A stretch of DNA of 33,303 bases. Origin: an uncultured Elioraea sp. (GTDB taxonomy: Bacteria > Pseudomonadota > Alphaproteobacteria > Acetobacterales > Acetobacteraceae). The stretch spans positions 1 to 33,303 of the forward strand of contig CALKJX010000082.1 of NCBI GenBank assembly GCA_937995555.1, in the 5' to 3' direction. Under the pieces are notes generated by a model. It was not told the DNA's origin, did no database searches, and saw nothing but the letters and a program-made list of their open reading frames with translations. Both the position numbers and the translations under genes were made by a program. How positions within the stretch are numbered: position 1 is the first letter of the stretch; each line of letters begins with the position of its first letter. Of the stretch, positions 29,021-33,303 are shown piece after piece.

Positions 29021-30187
29021 ATGCTCAGCCGTCGTTCCCTGCTTGCCGGTCTCGCCCTGGCGCCGGTCGCCGGAGTGCGTGCGCATGCCGCGGATCCCGG
29101 CATCGGCGCCGGCGCCATCCGCTTCGGCCAGGCCGCGGTGTTCGAGGGCCCGGCCGCCGCGCTCGGGCTCGGCATGCGCGAGGGCATTCTCGCCGCCTTC
29201 GCCGAGGCGAACCGCGCCGGCGGCGTGAAGGGCCGCCGCCTCGAACTCGTAACGCGCGACGACGGCTACGAGCCGACCAGATCGGTCACCGCGACGCGCG
29301 CGCTGATCGAGGAGGACCGGGTGTTCGCCCTGATCGGCCCCGTCGGCACGCCGACCAGCGCGGCCGCCCAGCCGATCGCAGCGGAAACCGGTGTGCCGTT
29401 CCTCGGCCCATTCACGGGGGCGGAGTTCCTGCGCGATCCGAAGCTCGCGAACGTCGTCAATCTGCGCGCCTCCTATTTCCAGGAGACCGAAACCATGGTC
29501 GCGCGGCTGACCGAGGATCTCGGCGCCAAACGCATCGCGATCTTCTACCAGGATGATGCCTTCGGCCGCGCGGGGCTGGCGGGGACGCAGCGGGCGCTGG
29601 CGAAGCGCGGCATGGAGCTCGCGGCCGAAGGCACCTACGAGCGCAACACGGTGGCGGTGCGGTCGGCCGTGCTCGCGATCCAGCGTGGCCGGCCGGACGC
29701 GGTGATCATGGTCGGCGCCTACCGTCCCTGCGCCGAGTTCATCAAGGTGGCCCGCCAGGTCCGGCTGAATCCCACTTTCGTCAACATCTCCTTCGTCGGC
29801 AGCGATCCGCTCGCCGCCGAGCTGGGTGACCGCGGTGTGGGCGTGGTGGTGACCCAGGTCGTGCCCTATCCGCGCGACCCCGCCGTGCCGGTGGTGGCGA
29901 AGTACCAGGCGGCGCTGGCCGCGCACGACGCGAACGCCAAGCCGGGCTTCATCTCGCTCGAAGGCTATCTGGTCGGGCGCATGGCGCTGGCTGCCCTCGG
30001 GCAGCTCGAGACGCCGACCCGCCAGGGACTGCTCGCGGCGCTGAAGGACGGACGCTTCGACCTCGACGGCTTCCCGCTCGTCTTCGGCCCGGGCAAGAAC
30101 CAGGGCTCGGACGCGGTGTTCCTCACGGTGATCCAGGCCGACGGCAGCTTCCGCCCGGTCGAGCGCCTGCCCGCCGTGGCAGGTTGA
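29021..30187 (+). CDS. Type 1 periplasmic binding protein (LivJ/Peripla_BP_6-like) with a Tat signal
   Basis: SRRSLL twin-arginine signal; GPAAALG, NRAGGVKGRRLEL, DDGYEP, IGPVGTPT, RASYFQE, FYQDDAFG; SD GGAGA. Confidence 0.92.
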   Translation: MLSRRSLLAGLALAPVAGVRAHAADPGIGAGAIRFGQAAVFEGPAAALGLGMREGILAAFAEANRAGGVKGRRLELVTRDDGYEPTRSVTATRALIEEDRVFALIGPVGTPTSAAAQPIAAETGVPFLGPFTGAEFLRDPKLANVVNLRASYFQETETMVARLTEDLGAKRIAIFYQDDAFGRAGLAGTQRALAKRGMELAAEGTYERNTVAVRSAVLAIQRGRPDAVIMVGAYRPCAEFIKVARQVRLNPTFVNISFVGSDPLAAELGDRGVGVVVTQVVPYPRDPAVPVVAKYQAALAAHDANAKPGFISLEGYLVGRMALAALGQLETPTRQGLLAALKDGRFDLDGFPLVFGPGKNQGSDAVFLTVIQADGSFRPVERLPAVAG

Positions 30188-30190
30188 GCC

Positions 30191-32335
30191 ATGCGCCGTA
30201 CCGTGCCGCGCCTGTCGGCGCTCGGTCTCGCCGGGCGGCTGTTCCTCGCCTTCGGCACGGTTGCTGCGCTGGCGGTCGCTGCGTCGGGGGCGGCGTGGAT
30301 CACCCAGGCGCGCCTCGGCGTCTCGGTCGCCATGGTCACGGGTGAGAGCCTGCCGGCGATGCAGGGGGCGCTGCGTCTCGACGCCACCGCGAAGGAACTC
30401 GCGGCGGCCGCGCCGGTGCTCGCCGCCGCGGACAGCAGCGAGGCCGCCGCCGCCTCGCGCGTTGCGCTGGCGCGCATCAGCGAAGCCCTGCGGGCCGACC
30501 TTGCCCGGGTGCTCGCGCACGCCGATCCGGCCTCCGCGGCACGGCTCTCCGAGGCGGCGGAGGGCATGGCCGCGAGTCTCGAGCGTCTTGCCGCCGCGAC
30601 CGACCGGCGGCTCGCAGCCGAGGCCCACCGCACCGCCCGGCTGGCGGCGATGTGGCGCGATCACCGCGCGGTGCTCGAGCTCATCGCGCCGCTGGTGGAC
30701 GAGGCTGGCTTCGCGCTCACCATCGGCCTGCGCGGCGCGACCGAAGGGGGCGATCCCGGCGCGGTCGAGGCGTCGCTCAATGCGCTCGCCGACGGCGAAC
30801 TGGTCGCGCTCACCGCGATGCTGGAAGCGCGTGCCGAGGCCAACCTGATCGCCGGTCTGCTCGCCGAGGGTGGCCAGATCGCGCAGGCCGTCCTGCTCGT
30901 GCCGCTGCGGGAGCGCTTCACCGCCGCTGCGGCGCGGATCGAGCGTGCGCTGCGCGACGCCGGTGCGGTCGAGGGGAGCGCCGCGTTGAAGCGGGCGGTG
31001 CCAGCCCTGCTCGCGCACGGCCCGGGCGAGGACGGGCTGTTCGCGTTGCGCAGCCGGGAACTGGCCGCCGCCGCCGAGGCGGAGCGGGCGCTCGAGGCGA
31101 CCCGGGCTCTCGCCGCGCGGCTCACCGAAGCGGTCGCCGGGCAGGTGCGGGCGGCCGAGGTGATGGCCGAGCGCGCGGCCTCTGGCGCTGCCGACGCGAC
31201 CGCCTCCGGGCGACTGATCCTGTTGCTGCTTGCCGGCGCGAGCCTGGTGCTGACGGTCGCGATCGCCTGGGGGTATGTCGGGCGATCCGTGGTCGGGCGC
31301 ATCCGCCGTTTGCGCGACGCGATGCACGCGATCGGTGCGGGCGACCTCGACCAACCGGTGCGGCGCGAGGGCAGCGACGAGCTCGCCGCGATGGCGGAGG
31401 CGCTCGAGGCCATGCGGCAGGGCCTCGCCAAGGGCCGCGCGGCCGAGGCGGAGGCCGAGGCGGCGCGGCGTGCGGCGGAGGCGGAACGGCGCACCCTGCT
31501 CGCCCGGCTCGCCGAGGAGTTCGAGCGGGGTGTCGGCGGGGTCGCGACGGAAGTGACCCGATCGTCGAACACGGTCGAGGCCGCCGTCGCGGCGATGGGG
31601 ACGACCACCGAGAGCACCGCGCGCGAGGCGGGCGCGATCGGCGCGGCCGCGCAGGACGCGACCGCCGCCACCGAGAATGTCGCCGCCGCAGCGCAGCAGC
31701 TCGCCGCCTCGATCGAGGAGGTCTCGCGCCAGGTCGCGCATGCCGCCGAGGCGACACGCCGCGCCAGCAAGGATGTCGCGGCCAGCGACCGGATCGTGCA
31801 GGGACTCGCCGAGGCGGCCCAGCGCATCGGCGAGGTGGTCCGGCTGATCGCCGACATCGCCGGCCAGACCAACCTGCTGGCGCTGAACGCGACGATCGAG
31901 GCGGCGCGCGCCGGCGAGGCGGGCAAGGGCTTCGCCGTGGTTGCCTCCGAAGTGAAGAGCCTGGCGAGCCAGACTGCGCGCGCCACCGACCAGATCGCCG
32001 AACAGATCCAGGCGATCCAGGCCGCGACCGGCAATACTGTCACGACCGTGAAGGGCTTCAGCCGCGTGATCGCCGAGATCGAGCAGGTCGCGGAGCAGAT
32101 CAGCGCCGCGGTCGAGCAGCAGGGCAAGGCGACGCGCGAGATCGCGGCGACGATCACCCAGGCGGCAGCGCGTACCGGCGCGGTGTCGGCGAGCGTCGGC
32201 CGGGTCTCGGCGGGCATGGCCGCCGCGGAGGCGGCACTGGGCGAGCTCGGCGGCGCGGCTGCGGCAGTCGCCGGCCAGGGCCGCACGCTGCGCGACGCGC
32301 TCGACCGCTTCCTCGGCCAGTTGCGCGCGGCCTGA
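30191..32335 (+). CDS. Methyl-accepting chemotaxis protein with a large helical periplasmic domain
   Basis: TM1, about 300-aa Ala-rich helical region, TM2, HAMP ([16 protein letters not shown]), signalling tip [34 protein letters not shown]. Confidence 0.95.
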   Translation: MRRTVPRLSALGLAGRLFLAFGTVAALAVAASGAAWITQARLGVSVAMVTGESLPAMQGALRLDATAKELAAAAPVLAAADSSEAAAASRVALARISEALRADLARVLAHADPASAARLSEAAEGMAASLERLAAATDRRLAAEAHRTARLAAMWRDHRAVLELIAPLVDEAGFALTIGLRGATEGGDPGAVEASLNALADGELVALTAMLEARAEANLIAGLLAEGGQIAQAVLLVPLRERFTAAAARIERALRDAGAVEGSAALKRAVPALLAHGPGEDGLFALRSRELAAAAEAERALEATRALAARLTEAVAGQVRAAEVMAERAASGAADATASGRLILLLLAGASLVLTVAIAWGYVGRSVVGRIRRLRDAMHAIGAGDLDQPVRREGSDELAAMAEALEAMRQGLAKGRAAEAEAEAARRAAEAERRTLLARLAEEFERGVGGVATEVTRSSNTVEAAVAAMGTTTESTAREAGAIGAAAQDATAATENVAAAAQQLAASIEEVSRQVAHAAEATRRASKDVAASDRIVQGLAEAAQRIGEVVRLIADIAGQTNLLALNATIEAARAGEAGKGFAVVASEVKSLASQTARATDQIAEQIQAIQAATGNTVTTVKGFSRVIAEIEQVAEQISAAVEQQGKATREIAATITQAAARTGAVSASVGRVSAGMAAAEAALGELGGAAAAVAGQGRTLRDALDRFLGQLRAA

Positions 32336-32468
32336 CGGACCGCGCCGACGCGCAGCCCCGTCGCGCCTGCCGCACCCAGGCGGCCCTTATGGGATGCCGT
32401 GCCGGCGCGGCGACGACCATCGCAGCCGTCCCGGATCACCGCGGCGCCTCATCCGCATCCAGACTCGT

Positions 32469-32508
32469 TTATCATCGTTCTTTCACGGAAGTGCGGCGCG
32501 GCTGAAAC
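32469..32508 (+). promoter_or_regulatory. Pho box (PhoB site) upstream of phnC
   Basis: TTATCAT-CGTT-CTTTCAC (32469-32486) fits CTGTCAT-N4-CTGTCAC; a further half-site CTGAAAC at 32502 lies in the same 11-bp register. Confidence 0.7.
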
Positions 32509-32531
32509 CTTCGCGCGGCAACTCTGCCGCC

Positions 32532-33303
32532 ATGGACGGGAGCCGAGCCACCGCGCTTGCGATCGAGGGCCTGTCGGTCCGTTTCGGGACTGTCGTTGCC
32601 GTGGACGAGGTGTCGTTCGTGGTGGCGCGCGGCGAGATGGTCGCCGTGATCGGCCCCTCCGGCGCCGGCAAGTCGACCCTGCTGCGCGCGGTCAATCGGC
32701 TCGCGCCGGTCTCGGCCGGCCGCATCGTCGCCGACGGCGTGGATGTCAGCCGCCTCGGCGGCCGGGCGCTGTATCACTGGCGGGCGCGGGCGGCGATGGT
32801 GTTCCAGCAGTTCAACCTCTCGCCCCGCCTCGATGCACTGACCAACGTGCTGGCCGGCCGGCTGATCGCGCTGCCGTTTTGGCGGAGCTGGACGGGCCTG
32901 TTCCCGCACGCCGATCAGCTCGAGGCGATGGCGCTGCTCGACGAGTTCGGGCTCGCCGACAAGGCGTTCGTGCGCGTCGAGCGGCTCTCGGGCGGGCAGC
33001 AGCAGCGGGTGGCGATCGCGCGGGCGCTGATGCAGCGGCCCGAGATCATCCTGGCCGACGAGCCGACCGCCTCGCTCGATCCGCGCAATGCCGCCCTGGT
33101 GATGGAGACGCTGCGCGCGATCAACCGCGCGCGCGGCATCACCACTCTCGTCAACCTGCACAATGTCGGCTTCGCGCGCGACTACGCCGACCGGATCGTC
33201 GCGCTGCGCGCCGGCCGCGTGGTGTTCGAGGGGCCGCCTGCCGCCCTCGACAAGGCCATGCTCGACGACCTCTACGCCGGCGACGAGACGGAGGCCGATG
33301 CGG
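32532..33303 (+). CDS. phnC: Phosphonate/phosphite ABC transporter ATP-binding protein, truncated at the window end
   Basis: Translated by hand (not in the ORF track, no stop in the window): IGPSGAGKSTLLRAVNRL, MVFQQFNLSPRLDALTNVLAGRL, LSGGQQQRVAIARAL, LADEPTASLDP, VNLH, ARDYADRIV. Confidence 0.88.
   Translation, partial: MDGSRATALAIEGLSVRFGTVVAVDEVSFVVARGEMVAVIGPSGAGKSTLLRAVNRLAPVSAGRIVADGVDVSRLGGRALYHWRARAAMVFQQFNLSPRLDALTNVLAGRLIALPFWRSWTGLFPHADQLEAMALLDEFGLADKAFVRVERLSGGQQQRVAIARALMQRPEIILADEPTASLDPRNAALVMETLRAINRARGITTLVNLHNVGFARDYADRIVALRAGRVVFEGPPAALDKAMLDDLYAGDETEADA

Noticed and set aside
28979-31741. 920-aa antisense ORF, and similar long antisense ORFs such as 9241..10935, 1949..3421, 22403..24322 and 30661..32439
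   Set aside because: Shadow frames of real genes caused by stop-codon scarcity at high GC; no recognisable domains.
32359-32415. Imperfect inverted repeat starting CGTC and ending GACG after the MCP gene (CGTC-type REP or terminator)
   Set aside because: Several mismatches, no U-tract and a single copy; expected by chance at this GC content.

Overview
Very GC-rich alphaproteobacterial chromosome segment; protein style and the paralogous Bug proteins suggest a Roseomonas/Elioraea-like member of the Acetobacteraceae (inference, no database search). Bases 1-14.3 kb are the conserved S10-spc-alpha ribosomal cluster (probable end of tuf, rpsJ to rplO, secY, adk, rpsM, rpsK, rpoA, rplQ), closed by an intrinsic terminator. 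Bases 14.4-33.3 kb are accessory genes: a sugar-acid catabolic cluster (two Bug/TctC binding proteins flanking an RhmD-like enolase-family dehydratase, opposite gntR, a LigI-like amidohydrolase and an SDR); a minus-strand run of NIPSNAP, tetR, a devBCA-type exporter, a type IIA P-type ATPase and a secreted PAN/Apple-EEP fusion protein; a DUF2272-like gene; an orphan periplasmic binding protein coupled to a chemoreceptor with a large periplasmic domain; and the start of a phosphonate ABC transporter (phnC) behind a Pho box. No rRNA, tRNA, CRISPR array, transposase or integrase was seen. Best leads: the PAN-EEP fusion, a double-hairpin element apparently inserted in frame at the devC N-terminus, the binding protein-chemoreceptor pair, and the ATPase with a degenerate ion-binding site. 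Family assignments come from motifs recognised by eye.
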